A stretch of DNA of 64,000 bases. Origin: an uncultured delta proteobacterium. GTDB taxonomy: Bacteria; Desulfobacterota; BSN033; UBA1163. Location of the stretch: contig CAWHBU010000001.1 of NCBI GenBank assembly GCA_963827685.1, forward strand, positions 160,001-224,000, in the 5' to 3' direction. How positions within the stretch are numbered: position 1 is the stretch's first letter; each line of letters begins with the position of its first letter. Positions 1 through 9,413 of the stretch are shown piece after piece. Both the position numbers and the translations under genes were made by a program. Below the pieces are notes generated by a model. It did not search any database. It was given only the letters and a program-made list of their open reading frames with translations, and was not told where the DNA came from.

Positions 1-411
<411 letters not shown>

Positions 412-430
412 AGATTTCCCATTGAAGGAT

Positions 431-3055
431 TTAAATGAGATCGTCAATGGCCTTAAGCGCCTCGTCCAATTTCTTAGAATCGGTCCCTCCTGCCTGCGCA
501 AAATCAGGACGACCCCCCCCAGTCCCTCCAATATGAAGGGCAATCTTTTTAATCAACTCGTTGGCACTGAAACGTTGGGTGAGGTCTGAAGTCACCCCCA
601 TGATCAAGGAGACTTTATTTTGGTTCTGCCCTCCGAGAAGGATGATGCCTGATCCAATCTTTCCTTTCAACTGATCAACGAACTCTCTCATTCTGTTTAC
701 ATCCTTCCCATCCACCTTGGCCGAAATGACTTTCACGCCTTTTATCTCTCTAACAAGAGAAAGAAGTCTCGAGAGCTCTTGATGGGATAGCTTGTCCTGA
801 AAGGATGAGACCTCTCTTTCTAACTCCCTCTCCCTTTCAAGCAGCCGATCCACCTTTGAAGAAAGTTCTCCGGGAACGGATTTGAGAGAAGAGGCAATTT
901 CCCAAAGTTCCCTCTCCTCTTCTTTAATAAATCGGTAGGCCCCTTCCCCGGTCACGGCCTCGATCCTTCTCACCCCTGCCGCGACTCCCGACTCACTGAC
1001 TATTTTAAAAAAACCGATATCGCCTGTTCTCGAGGTGTGGGTTCCTCCACAGAGTTCAATGCTGAAGTCCGAAACCATCACCACCCTGACCTTCTCACCG
1101 TACTTTTCACCAAAGAGAGCCATGGCTCCCGTCCGGAGGGCTTCCTCCACCTCCATAATCTTTGTTTCTACTCTTAAGTTCTCTCGAATTTTCTGATTGA
1201 CCAAAGCCTCCACACGCTCCTGTTCTTCCCCTTCCATCGAAGCAAAATGGGTGAAGTCAAACCTTAACCGCTCTGGTGAAACGAGAGAGCCTGCTTGATG
1301 GACATGATCTCCTAAGACTTCTCTCAAAACAGCCTGAAGAAGGTGGGTACCGGTATGGTTCAGGGTAATGGCTTTCCGGCGGTCCCCATCCACGCGGAGA
1401 ACTGCCGACATCCCTTCTTTCACCCTTCCTCTTTTTACTTTCGCCTGATGAACGATCAACTCCTCTATCGGTTTGATGGTGTTCTCCACTTCCAAAGAGA
1501 ATTCCTCATGGAAGATCACTCCTCGATCCCCTACCTGGCCACCTGCTTCTCCATAAAAGGGAGTCTTCTCTGTAACGACTTCGATCTCATCCCCTTCCAC
1601 CGCAAAAGGAACCATCTCATCGCCTTTGATCAATTTCAGAATCCTTGATTCGGATTGAATCTCTTCATATCCCAAAAAGGCCGTCTTCATCCCTTCATTC
1701 GCCAGCCGTCGATAGACCCCCCTTGCTCTTCCCTCACCGATTCCCAGCCCTGCCTGCTTACTCTTATGCTTCTGATCCTCCATCTGTGCTCTGAAACCCG
1801 CTTCATCAAAACTCATCCCTTTCTCTTGAAGAATCTCCGCTGTCAGGTCGAGGGGGAATCCATACGTATCATAAAGCCTGAAGGCTACCTCTCCGGGAAG
1901 AATCGCCTTTCCTCCCTTCTGAAGTTTTTCCAACTCCTCTCGCAGAATTTTTAGCCCTGAATCGAGGGTCTCAGAGAAACGCTCCTCCTCATTTTGGATA
2001 ACCTTTGAAACAATGGCTTCCGTCTCCCTCAGTTCTGGATAGGCTTGTTTCATCAGATCTACGACTTTGGAAGCAGTTCGATAGAGAAAAGGACCATCGA
2101 TTCCAAGCATCTTTCCATGGCGCATCGCCCTTCTCATGATTCGACGAAGCACGTATCCCCTGCCCTCGTTGGAGGGAAGAACTCCGTCGCTGATCAGAAA
2201 GGTTGCCGCTCGGCTATGGTCAGCGATCACTTTAAGGGAGGTGTCGGCCCGATGGTCTTGTCCATAGGAAATATGGCTGATCATTTCGATTTCTTTGAAA
2301 ATGGGTTTGAAGAGATCGGTCTCGTAGTTACTCTTAACCCCATGAAGGATGGCAGAAATCCTTTCCAGCCCCATCCCCGTATCAATACAAGGTTTGGCCA
2401 GAGGTTGAAGTTTACCCTTTGAATCACGATTGAATTGCATGAAGACGAGATTCCAGAGTTCCAAAAATCGGTCGCAATCGCATCCCACACGACAGTCGGG
2501 GCGCCCGCAACCCACTCCCTCGCCTTGGTCAATCACGATCTCCGAACAAGGACCACACGGCCCTGTCTCACCCATGGCCCAGAAGTTGTCTTTCTCCCCT
2601 AACCGGACAATTCGGTCTCCCGGGACCCCAACTCTCTTCCAGAGGGGAAAAGCCTCTTCATCATCCAAATAGATGGTGATCCACATCTTCTCCACGGGCA
2701 ATCCCCATTGGCGGATAAGGAAGTCCCATCCCATTTCAATGGCCTCTTTCTTGAAATAGTCCCCGAAGGAGAAGTTCCCTAACATCTCGAAGAAGGTATG
2801 GTGGCGAGCGGTCTTTCCCACAATTTCCAGATCATTATGTTTTCCGCCGGCACGAACACACTTTTGGGAGGTGGCGGCCCGTTTGTAGTCCCGGGTCTCT
2901 TCGGCTAAAAAAACCCCTTTGAATTGAACCATTCCGGCATTGGTGAAAAGCAGGGTGGGATCGTTTTTGGGAACCAATGAGGAGCTTCGAACAATCCGGT
3001 GTCCCCTCTCCTCAAAGAAATTGAGAAAGGCCCTTCGAATCTCGTCAGAGGTCAT
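431..3055 (-). CDS. alaS: Alanine--tRNA ligase
   Basis: 874 aa; DPTLLFTNAGM, HHTFFEMLGNFSFGDYFK, editing HTGTH and ELCGGTH, C-terminal GGGRPDFAQAGG. Confidence 0.99.
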   Translation of the reverse strand: MTSDEIRRAFLNFFEERGHRIVRSSSLVPKNDPTLLFTNAGMVQFKGVFLAEETRDYKRAATSQKCVRAGGKHNDLEIVGKTARHHTFFEMLGNFSFGDYFKKEAIEMGWDFLIRQWGLPVEKMWITIYLDDEEAFPLWKRVGVPGDRIVRLGEKDNFWAMGETGPCGPCSEIVIDQGEGVGCGRPDCRVGCDCDRFLELWNLVFMQFNRDSKGKLQPLAKPCIDTGMGLERISAILHGVKSNYETDLFKPIFKEIEMISHISYGQDHRADTSLKVIADHSRAATFLISDGVLPSNEGRGYVLRRIMRRAMRHGKMLGIDGPFLYRTASKVVDLMKQAYPELRETEAIVSKVIQNEEERFSETLDSGLKILREELEKLQKGGKAILPGEVAFRLYDTYGFPLDLTAEILQEKGMSFDEAGFRAQMEDQKHKSKQAGLGIGEGRARGVYRRLANEGMKTAFLGYEEIQSESRILKLIKGDEMVPFAVEGDEIEVVTEKTPFYGEAGGQVGDRGVIFHEEFSLEVENTIKPIEELIVHQAKVKRGRVKEGMSAVLRVDGDRRKAITLNHTGTHLLQAVLREVLGDHVHQAGSLVSPERLRFDFTHFASMEGEEQERVEALVNQKIRENLRVETKIMEVEEALRTGAMALFGEKYGEKVRVVMVSDFSIELCGGTHTSRTGDIGFFKIVSESGVAAGVRRIEAVTGEGAYRFIKEEERELWEIASSLKSVPGELSSKVDRLLERERELEREVSSFQDKLSHQELSRLLSLVREIKGVKVISAKVDGKDVNRMREFVDQLKGKIGSGIILLGGQNQNKVSLIMGVTSDLTQRFSANELIKKIALHIGGTGGGRPDFAQAGGTDSKKLDEALKAIDDLI

Positions 3056-4269
3056 TGTTTAAAACCTGTCCCCCTTCGGCCATCCATTTTTGGATCCAAG
3101 GGCTTTGCGACCTTCAACTTCTTCTCTTCTGCTGTCCCCTTCTCTTTCTCTTTTTCTTTCTCTAACATCTCAAAATCCTCCCAACCGGCGTCGCTCGCAG
3201 CGAGAATTCCCTTCACCCTCAGAGCAAAGTCGTCCGGATTGGTGCAGTGTTTGAGGGCCTCATCATAAGTAACCAACCCCTCCTTCATTAAAAACATCAG
3301 TGACTGATCGAAGGATTGCATCCCGTAACTGGTGACTCCTCGGGCGATGGCGTCATTAATCTCATTGGTCTTATCCTTTTCGACAATGCACTCCCTCACC
3401 CTTGCCGTGGAGACCAGGACTTCCACCGCAGGGACTCTTCCCATTCCATCTACCCTGGGCACCAATCTTTGGGAGATGACACCTTTCAGAATACCCGAGA
3501 GCTGAAGCCTAACTTGTTTTTGATGATAGGGGGGGAAGACGGAGATAATTCGGGTGATCGTCTCCGTGGCATTTAATGTATGGAGCGTGGACATGACCAG
3601 ATGTCCTGTCTCGGCAGCGGTCAGGGCTGTCTCGATCGTCTCAAAATCCCGCATCTCACCGACTAAGATCACATCTGGATCCTGCCGGAGGGCCACTCGC
3701 AAGGCGCTGGAAAAGGTGCTCGTATCTGAACCGACCTCCCTTTGATCCACGATCGATTTCTTATCTTCGTGGACAAATTCGATAGGGTCCTCGATAGTGA
3801 TGATATGGCAATTCCGTTCTTCGTTGATGATATTAATCATCGAGGCCAAAGTCGTGGACTTTCCGCTTCCGGTCGTTCCTGTAACAAGAACGAGACCTCT
3901 CTGCTCTAAAGAAATGCTTCTGAGCACAGGAGGGAGATGAAGGTCCTCCAGTCCCTTAATCTGGTAAGGCACGATTCGGAGGGCAATCCTGAGCTTTCCT
4001 CTCTGCTGAAAGACGTTGACTCGAAACCGCCCCATACCGTAGACCTCGTAACCCATGTCTACCTCTCGATTCTTGATAAACCGCTCCTTCTGCCAATCGT
4101 TCATCAGACCGAAGGCCATCTTCGACAAATCATTATGATCGAAGGGCTTCGATTGATTCCAGGGTCTCAAGGTGCCATTGACTCTGAAGATCGGGGGAGC
4201 CCCCTCCTTGATATGAACGTCAGAGGCTTCCTGGGAAAGGGCTTCCAAAAGGATCTGATTTAAATCCAT
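3052..4269 (-). CDS. pilT: PilT/PilU-family type IV pilus retraction ATPase
   Basis: ASDVHI, Walker A GTTGSGKST, TIEDPIE, ALRQDPDVILVGEMRD, AETGHLV, GMQSFDQ; start at MDLNQ after AAGGAG. Confidence 0.9.
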   Translation of the reverse strand: MDLNQILLEALSQEASDVHIKEGAPPIFRVNGTLRPWNQSKPFDHNDLSKMAFGLMNDWQKERFIKNREVDMGYEVYGMGRFRVNVFQQRGKLRIALRIVPYQIKGLEDLHLPPVLRSISLEQRGLVLVTGTTGSGKSTTLASMINIINEERNCHIITIEDPIEFVHEDKKSIVDQREVGSDTSTFSSALRVALRQDPDVILVGEMRDFETIETALTAAETGHLVMSTLHTLNATETITRIISVFPPYHQKQVRLQLSGILKGVISQRLVPRVDGMGRVPAVEVLVSTARVRECIVEKDKTNEINDAIARGVTSYGMQSFDQSLMFLMKEGLVTYDEALKHCTNPDDFALRVKGILAASDAGWEDFEMLEKEKEKEKGTAEEKKLKVAKPLDPKMDGRRGTGFKQ

Positions 4270-4288
4270 CTTCTTCTCCTTCCTTGTC

Positions 4289-5329
4289 TCATCCCATCGA
4301 TCCCGCTCTGGCGATGCGAAAGTTCTCAAGGATCTCTTTCTCCATCTGCTCCAGGACCTTGGGATTCTCTTTCAAAAACTGCTTTGCGTTCTCCCTTCCC
4401 TGACCGATGCGTTGGCCACCATAGGCATACCAGGTCCCGCTCTTCTCAACGATATTCTTTTCCGCAGCCAAGTCGAGGACATCTCCCTCTCTTGAAATAC
4501 CCTCTCCGTGAATGAGGTCGAACTCTACCTCTTTGAACGGAGGGGCCACTTTGTTCTTCACCACGCGAACCTTTGTCCGGCTGCCGATCACCTCCTGGCC
4601 CTGTTTGATGGAAGCGATTCGCCGAATATCGAGCCGAACAGACGAGTAAAATTTGAGGGCATTGCCTCCGGTGGTCGTCTCCGGATTTCCGAACATGATC
4701 CCGATTTTCATCCGAATCTGGTTGACAAAGACCACGATCGTATTCGACTTGCTGATGGTGGCAGTCAATTTTCTCAGGGCTTGAGACATCAGTCTGGCCT
4801 GAAGCCCCATATGGGCATCGCCCATGTCCCCTTCAATCTCCGCTTTGGGGACAAGGGCAGCCACAGAGTCGACGACGATCACATCCACGGCGCCACTGCG
4901 AACCAGGATCTCTGTAATCTCCAATGCCTGTTCCCCCGTGTCAGGCTGGGAGATGAGAAGGTCGTCGATTTTTACGCCCAACTTATTTGCGTATTTAACA
5001 TCTAAGGCATGTTCTGCATCAATGAAAGCAGCAATGCCTCCCTTCTTCTGTGCTTCCGCAACGACATGGAGGGCTAATGTCGTTTTGCCTGAAGCCTCTG
5101 GGCCGAAAATCTCCACCACCCGTCCTTTCGGCAATCCTCCAACCCCCAGGGCAAGATCTAAGGAGAGGGATCCTGTGGAGATGATGGGAATTTCTCCGAG
5201 CATTGCATCCGCACCCAATTTCATAATGGCGCCTTTCCCGTACTGCCTTTCGATCTGGGTGACGGCTAATTCCACTGCCTTACCTTTACTCGAATCTACT
5301 TTTTGATCTACTTTTGAATCTACTTTCAT
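4289..5329 (-). CDS. recA: Recombinase RecA
   Basis: [36 protein letters not shown]; ATG at 5329 after AAGGAGG. Confidence 0.99.
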   Translation of the reverse strand: MKVDSKVDQKVDSSKGKAVELAVTQIERQYGKGAIMKLGADAMLGEIPIISTGSLSLDLALGVGGLPKGRVVEIFGPEASGKTTLALHVVAEAQKKGGIAAFIDAEHALDVKYANKLGVKIDDLLISQPDTGEQALEITEILVRSGAVDVIVVDSVAALVPKAEIEGDMGDAHMGLQARLMSQALRKLTATISKSNTIVVFVNQIRMKIGIMFGNPETTTGGNALKFYSSVRLDIRRIASIKQGQEVIGSRTKVRVVKNKVAPPFKEVEFDLIHGEGISREGDVLDLAAEKNIVEKSGTWYAYGGQRIGQGRENAKQFLKENPKVLEQMEKEILENFRIARAGSMG

Positions 5330-5359
5330 CAACCCTCCTTTCCCCCGACAAGTCGGCGG

Positions 5360-5529
5360 AAATTCCAAGCTCCAAATTACAAATCCCAAATAAATTCCAA
5401 ATTTCAATATCAAATGACCAAAATGGCTTTATTGGGAATTTTGAATTTTGGTCATTGGGAATTATTTGTCATTTGGCCTGCCTGCGCGAAGCCGCTTCGG
5501 CGAAGGCAGGCGCTTGGGATTTGATGCTT
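5360..5529. repeat. 136-bp heptamer-periodic inverted-repeat element (copy A) with a 34-nt hairpin insert at 5477-5510
   Basis: AAATTCC-like units on the left arm and complementary units on the right arm; aligns without gaps to 11535-11670 and 57180-57315 once the insert is removed. Confidence 0.9.
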
Positions 5530-5534
5530 ATTCT

Positions 5535-6101
5535 TTATCTCCCTCCTAATTTCACATCTCCTAATAGTGTATAAATCGGACCCGAAGGTTTCAAATCGCT
5601 TTTAAATAAGACCACCCGCTCCACTTGAAAATCTCCAAACTCCTCCTCTTTATGTTTCTCCATCCTCCCCACCAACTCCTCTTTCCCTCGGCTCGATTTC
5701 ATCCTTCCCAGGGTCAGGTGAGGATGGAAGGGGCGATCTTCAGGTTGAAATCCAATTCTTTCTAATTGAGTCTCTATCTGTTTCTGAAGCGAAGTGAGGA
5801 CTTCCCTCCCGTTTACAAATCCCATCCAGATCACCCTTGGGTTTTTCAAATGGGGGAAGGCCCCTATCCCTTGAACCTTGATAGAAAATGGTAAAGTGTT
5901 CTGAATGGGTTCTTCAATTGATTTGAAGATGGAATCAATCCTCGACTCTTCAATGTTTCCAAAGAATTTTAGAGTGAGGTGGATCCTTTCGGGACTCACC
6001 CACCGCACATCTGCGTGAGTTGACCTTAAGTCTCCCTGAACCTCCTCGATCTTTCCAAGGATCGGTTTCGGAAGCTCAATTGCCAGAAAGGATCGGATCA
6101 A
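5535..6101 (-). CDS. thpR: RNA 2',3'-cyclic phosphodiesterase (2H family)
   Basis: Two HxT motifs (HLTLKF, HLTLGR), RSFLAI start, upstream of recA. Confidence 0.95.
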   Translation of the reverse strand: MIRSFLAIELPKPILGKIEEVQGDLRSTHADVRWVSPERIHLTLKFFGNIEESRIDSIFKSIEEPIQNTLPFSIKVQGIGAFPHLKNPRVIWMGFVNGREVLTSLQKQIETQLERIGFQPEDRPFHPHLTLGRMKSSRGKEELVGRMEKHKEEEFGDFQVERVVLFKSDLKPSGPIYTLLGDVKLGGR

Positions 6102-6127
6102 TCAAAAACCCCTTCAATATTGAGATG

Positions 6128-6155
6128 ATGTTAACATAACTATAAAAAAAGTCAA
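6128..6155 (-). promoter_or_regulatory. Putative sigma70 promoter for thpR-recA
   Basis: TTGACT-16 nt-TAACAT with extended -10 TG. Confidence 0.5.
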
Positions 6156-6182
6156 TGAGAAAAACCCCTTGGAAGTACTAAC

Positions 6183-6218
6183 AAAAAGGCCTGTCACACT
6201 TGTTCCGGTGACAGGCCC
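6183..6218 (-). terminator. Intrinsic terminator after dapA
   Basis: GGCCTGTCAC-loop-GTGACAGGCC stem followed by a T run on the minus strand. Confidence 0.75.
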
Positions 6219-6249
6219 TTCTTACCATTTGTCTCATACCATCAATCGA

Positions 6250-7275
6250 TTATTTCCAATAACGATCGTTGGAGAGACGCTCCTCGATATTGATTTTATA
6301 AAATTCTTGAAGAGGCCTGAATACTTCTTTATCCTTTCCATAAACCTCTTTAAGGGCATTTCTAACAACCTCCATCCCTTTTAACGTCATCTTTCCAAGA
6401 GGTGGACGGCACGGCCCGGCTGGTAATCCAAGGCCTTTCATCATCGTCTTGATTGCTAAAGGGTTTCTAAATTTACATGGGACATCAAATCCCTCATAAG
6501 ATTCGACGGTATTGACCGTCACCACTTTGAAAAGAGGATCCAGAATATCTTTCAGCCGATTGGCCCTCTCCATATTTCCATTCTGTATGGCCTTGACCAT
6601 CTCCCCGATGGGGCCTGGAACGATATTTGACGTTACCGAGACCACTCCAGAGGCACGAATGTCATTTCGGGTCATCATCGCAAAGGTTATATCATCATCT
6701 CCCGAAAGAATATCAAAGTCCTCTCCACATAAGGTTCTCGTTTTGGCCATCCGCTCGAGATCTCCGGTGGCCTCTTTCACCGACCTCACATTCTTGAACT
6801 TGCGATGAAGGATGGCCAGGTCCTCCACCTCCAATTTCGTTCCTGTCCTTCCGGGGACGACGTAGGGCATGATGAAGGCCCTGCGGAACGCCTTTGCAAT
6901 CACTTCATAGTACTGGGTCCTCAATTCAAGAGAGGATGGCCCATTATAATAGCAATCTACAAGTAGGACCCCGTGGGCTCCGACCTCCATGGCATGTTTT
7001 GTTCCTCGAAGCGACTCTCTCGTGGAATTGGAACCCGTCCCTGCCATGACAAAGGCTTTAGCTTTTGCCACCTTAGCTGTCTTCGTAATCACCCGATCGT
7101 GTTCTTTCCAGTCCAAAGTCGGAGATTCGCCTGTCGTCCCAGTGGGGATGAGGTTTGCTCCGTTTTCTATCTGGAACTGAATGTTCTTTTCGAGACCTTC
7201 AAAATCGACCTCCCCTTTCCGATTAAACGGTGTCACCATCGCTGTCCAACAACCCTCAAACCTCTCGAGTTTCAT
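6250..7275 (-). CDS. dapA: 4-hydroxy-tetrahydrodipicolinate synthase (DapA family)
   Basis: TAMVTPF, GTTGES, AGTGSNST, YYN, Schiff-base VKEA, LSGDD. Confidence 0.88.
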   Translation of the reverse strand: MKLERFEGCWTAMVTPFNRKGEVDFEGLEKNIQFQIENGANLIPTGTTGESPTLDWKEHDRVITKTAKVAKAKAFVMAGTGSNSTRESLRGTKHAMEVGAHGVLLVDCYYNGPSSLELRTQYYEVIAKAFRRAFIMPYVVPGRTGTKLEVEDLAILHRKFKNVRSVKEATGDLERMAKTRTLCGEDFDILSGDDDITFAMMTRNDIRASGVVSVTSNIVPGPIGEMVKAIQNGNMERANRLKDILDPLFKVVTVNTVESYEGFDVPCKFRNPLAIKTMMKGLGLPAGPCRPPLGKMTLKGMEVVRNALKEVYGKDKEVFRPLQEFYKINIEERLSNDRYWK

Positions 7276-7292
7276 CTCTGCCTCCTCCTCTC

Positions 7293-7388
7293 GTAGCGCC
7301 CCCATTTATTGCCTGCCTGCGGTAGGCAGGGGGGCGACTTAATCGTCAGCAGTACCTGCCTGCCGGTAGGTAGGAATGCCGCCGCTAC
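7293..7388. repeat. GTAG-type REP-like doublet with two CCTGCC-hairpin inserts
   Basis: GTAGCG...CGCTAC ends; 57 bp after removing 7312-7330 and 7355-7374, collinear with the reverse complement of 12594-12650. Confidence 0.9.
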
Positions 7389-7438
7389 ATTCTTCTTCTA
7401 TTATGAAGCAATAGAAAAAAATTTCAAGAAAAAATTAT

Positions 7439-7955
7439 TTACATGGAAAAACTGACCTTCCCAATTCGAGACCGTCTAGAACGAATTAATATTTTATAAA
7501 AAAAACCCAGGCTTCTTTCAGTAGCTTCCCTCTTGATCTCTCTGCGGGTCCCCTTTAGGTCTAATTTCTCCACCCATGTTCCTTTTCCCTTAGCAATGCC
7601 GATAAAAACTCTTCCAACAGGAGATCTTTTTGTTCCACCTGTTGGTCCTGCCACACCTGTGGTGGATAATCCGAATGTCGTATTAAAGGCTTTCCGAACT
7701 CCCTGAGCCATCTTCTTCGCCACCTGGGGACTCACAGCTCCGTATTTCTTTATATCATTCAAAGGAATCCCTAAATGCCTGGCCTTCGATTCGTTGCTGT
7801 AAGTTAACCATTCCTCCCATAAAGTAGTCCGAGCTGCCTGACACATTGGTGATACGATCGCTAATCAATCCTCCAGTACAAGATTCTGCAATCGATAGGG
7901 TCCATCTTCTTTCCCTCAAACGACCTCCAATGGTTTTTTCTAAGGAATTGCGCAT
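7439..7955 (-). pseudogene. cinA: CinA C-terminal domain (PncC-like NMN deamidase), frameshifted
   Basis: AESCTGG...GSSDYFMGGMV in one frame continues as TYSNESK...GAVS...STTGVAGP in another; one extra base at 7804-7807. Confidence 0.85.
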
Positions 7956-7960
7956 TATTT

Positions 7961-8000
7961 TCACCCCCACCCTCACCCTCCCCCATCAAGGGGGAGGGGA
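7961..8000. repeat. C-rich/G-rich hairpin element
   Basis: CCCCCACCCTCACCCTCCCCC-atcaa-GGGGGAGGG. Confidence 0.75.
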
Positions 8001-8014
8001 TTTTTAAAGTGAAG

Positions 8015-8464
8015 TTATATGAAGAGATAGATAAGATGGAGAATGATATTGGCATAAACTCCCGCCAACACATCATCCAAGACAACTCCCCATCCTCCCT
8101 TTAATCTCATCTCCAGACTGCGGATGGGAAAGGGTTTGAGAATATCAAAAAACCGGAAGAGAAAAAAACCCATTATGATAAAGGGGAGCGTTTTGGGAAC
8201 CCAGAGCATGGTGATCAGAAAACCGATTATCTCATCGATGACGATCCTCTGATCATCTTTTTTCCCAAAGAATATTTCGGCATTTTCTGAAATCCAAACG
8301 GAGAGAAAGAAAAAACCAATGAGAGTAATTTCATAGAGTGGTGAAGGGATCTCGGAAAGGAAGTAGTAGATAGGGATTGCGACGAGGGTTCCCAGAGTCC
8401 CTGGGGCAACGGGAGAGTACCCGACTCCAAATCCGGTGGCGAGGAAGAGGAAGAAATGATTCAT
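8015..8464 (-). CDS. pgpA: Phosphatidylglycerophosphatase A
   Basis: GYSPVAPGTLGT, IVIDEIIG, FRFFDILKP, GVVLDD. The ORF-track N-terminal extension is translated repeat DNA. Confidence 0.95.
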   Translation of the reverse strand: MNHFFLFLATGFGVGYSPVAPGTLGTLVAIPIYYFLSEIPSPLYEITLIGFFFLSVWISENAEIFFGKKDDQRIVIDEIIGFLITMLWVPKTLPFIIMGFFLFRFFDILKPFPIRSLEMRLKGGWGVVLDDVLAGVYANIILHLIYLFI

Positions 8465-8470
8465 CTTCGT

Positions 8471-8560
8471 ATTGCGGATTTCGGAATTTTTAAACCAAGG
8501 AAAGAAATCATAGGCTAATATTAAAAAGATTCCGCATTCTGCAATCCGCATTCCGCATTT
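8471..8560. repeat. Heptamer-periodic inverted element (ATTCCGC type)
   Basis: ATTGCGG ATTTCGG left arm; ATTCCGC ATTCTGC AATCCGC ATTCCGC right arm. Confidence 0.8.
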
Positions 8561-8565
8561 GCTCA

Positions 8566-9321
8566 TCAGAGTCTGACTATGACTCCCTTTTCCTTCAAGT
8601 ATGTTTTGACCTGACCAATGGTGAATTCTCGATAATGGAAGATAGAAGCCGCGAGCACGGCGTCGGCCTTTCCGAGAACGAGACCTTCATAAAGATGTTG
8701 GAGATTGCCAACGCCCCCTGAGGCAATGACAGGAATACTCCCCTGCTCTGAAATGGTTCGCGTCAATTCAATGTCGTAGCCATCTTTTGTTCCATCCCGA
8801 TCCATGCTCGTCAGTAAGATCTCACCCGCTCCCATCTCCTCCATCTTCTTTGCCCAATGGATCGCATCAATTCCTGTTGGGACCCTTCCTCCGTGGGTAT
8901 AAACTTCCCAGCTCTCCCCTTTTCTTTTTGCATCAATGGCGATCACGATACATTGGCTTCCAAAACGTTTCGAGGCTCTTTCTACAAAATGTGGATCCTT
9001 CACAGCAGCGGTATTGATCGATACCTTATCCGCTCCAGCCTTAAGAAGCTTACGAATATCCTCCAAACGTCTGACCCCGCCTCCCACCGTGAGGGGAATA
9101 AAGATTTCCTCCGCCGTCCTGCGAACAACATCAATGAGAATGTTCCTCTCCTCATACGAGGCCGTGATATCTAAAAAAGCGATTTCATCCGCACCTTGTT
9201 CATCATAGACTTTAGCATTCTCCACCGGGTCGCCGGCATCCTTCAGGTCTGCAAACTGAGTTCCCTTCACCACCCTTCCGCTTTTTACATCCAGACAGGG
9301 GATAATTCTTTTTGCCAGCAT
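8566..9321 (-). CDS. hisF: Imidazole glycerol phosphate synthase cyclase subunit
   Basis: [34 protein letters not shown]. Confidence 0.99.
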   Translation of the reverse strand: MLAKRIIPCLDVKSGRVVKGTQFADLKDAGDPVENAKVYDEQGADEIAFLDITASYEERNILIDVVRRTAEEIFIPLTVGGGVRRLEDIRKLLKAGADKVSINTAAVKDPHFVERASKRFGSQCIVIAIDAKRKGESWEVYTHGGRVPTGIDAIHWAKKMEEMGAGEILLTSMDRDGTKDGYDIELTRTISEQGSIPVIASGGVGNLQHLYEGLVLGKADAVLAASIFHYREFTIGQVKTYLKEKGVIVRL

Positions 9322-9334
9322 CTTAGGTTCCTTA

Positions 9335-9413
9335 ATTCAGAATTAAGGAGCCAGAATTCAGAATGGACTATGTTTTTCCTATTCTGGCTTCTGGCTTCTG
9401 CCTTCTGCCTTCT
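9335..9413. repeat. Heptamer-periodic inverted element (TTCTGGC type) overlapping the hisA stop
   Basis: ATTCAGA/AGCCAGA left arm; TTCTGGC TTCTGGC TTCTGCC TTCTGCC right arm. Confidence 0.8.

Noticed and set aside
3120-3165. (GA)-rich tract at the pilT 3' end as a phase-variable repeat
   Set aside because: Imperfect low-complexity EK-coding tail, not a pure SSR.
5330-5574. ORF 5314-5574 and the N-terminal extension of recA
   Set aside because: Translations of repeat DNA; the same applies to ORF-track extensions of pgpA, hisH, prfA and the DUF3786 gene.
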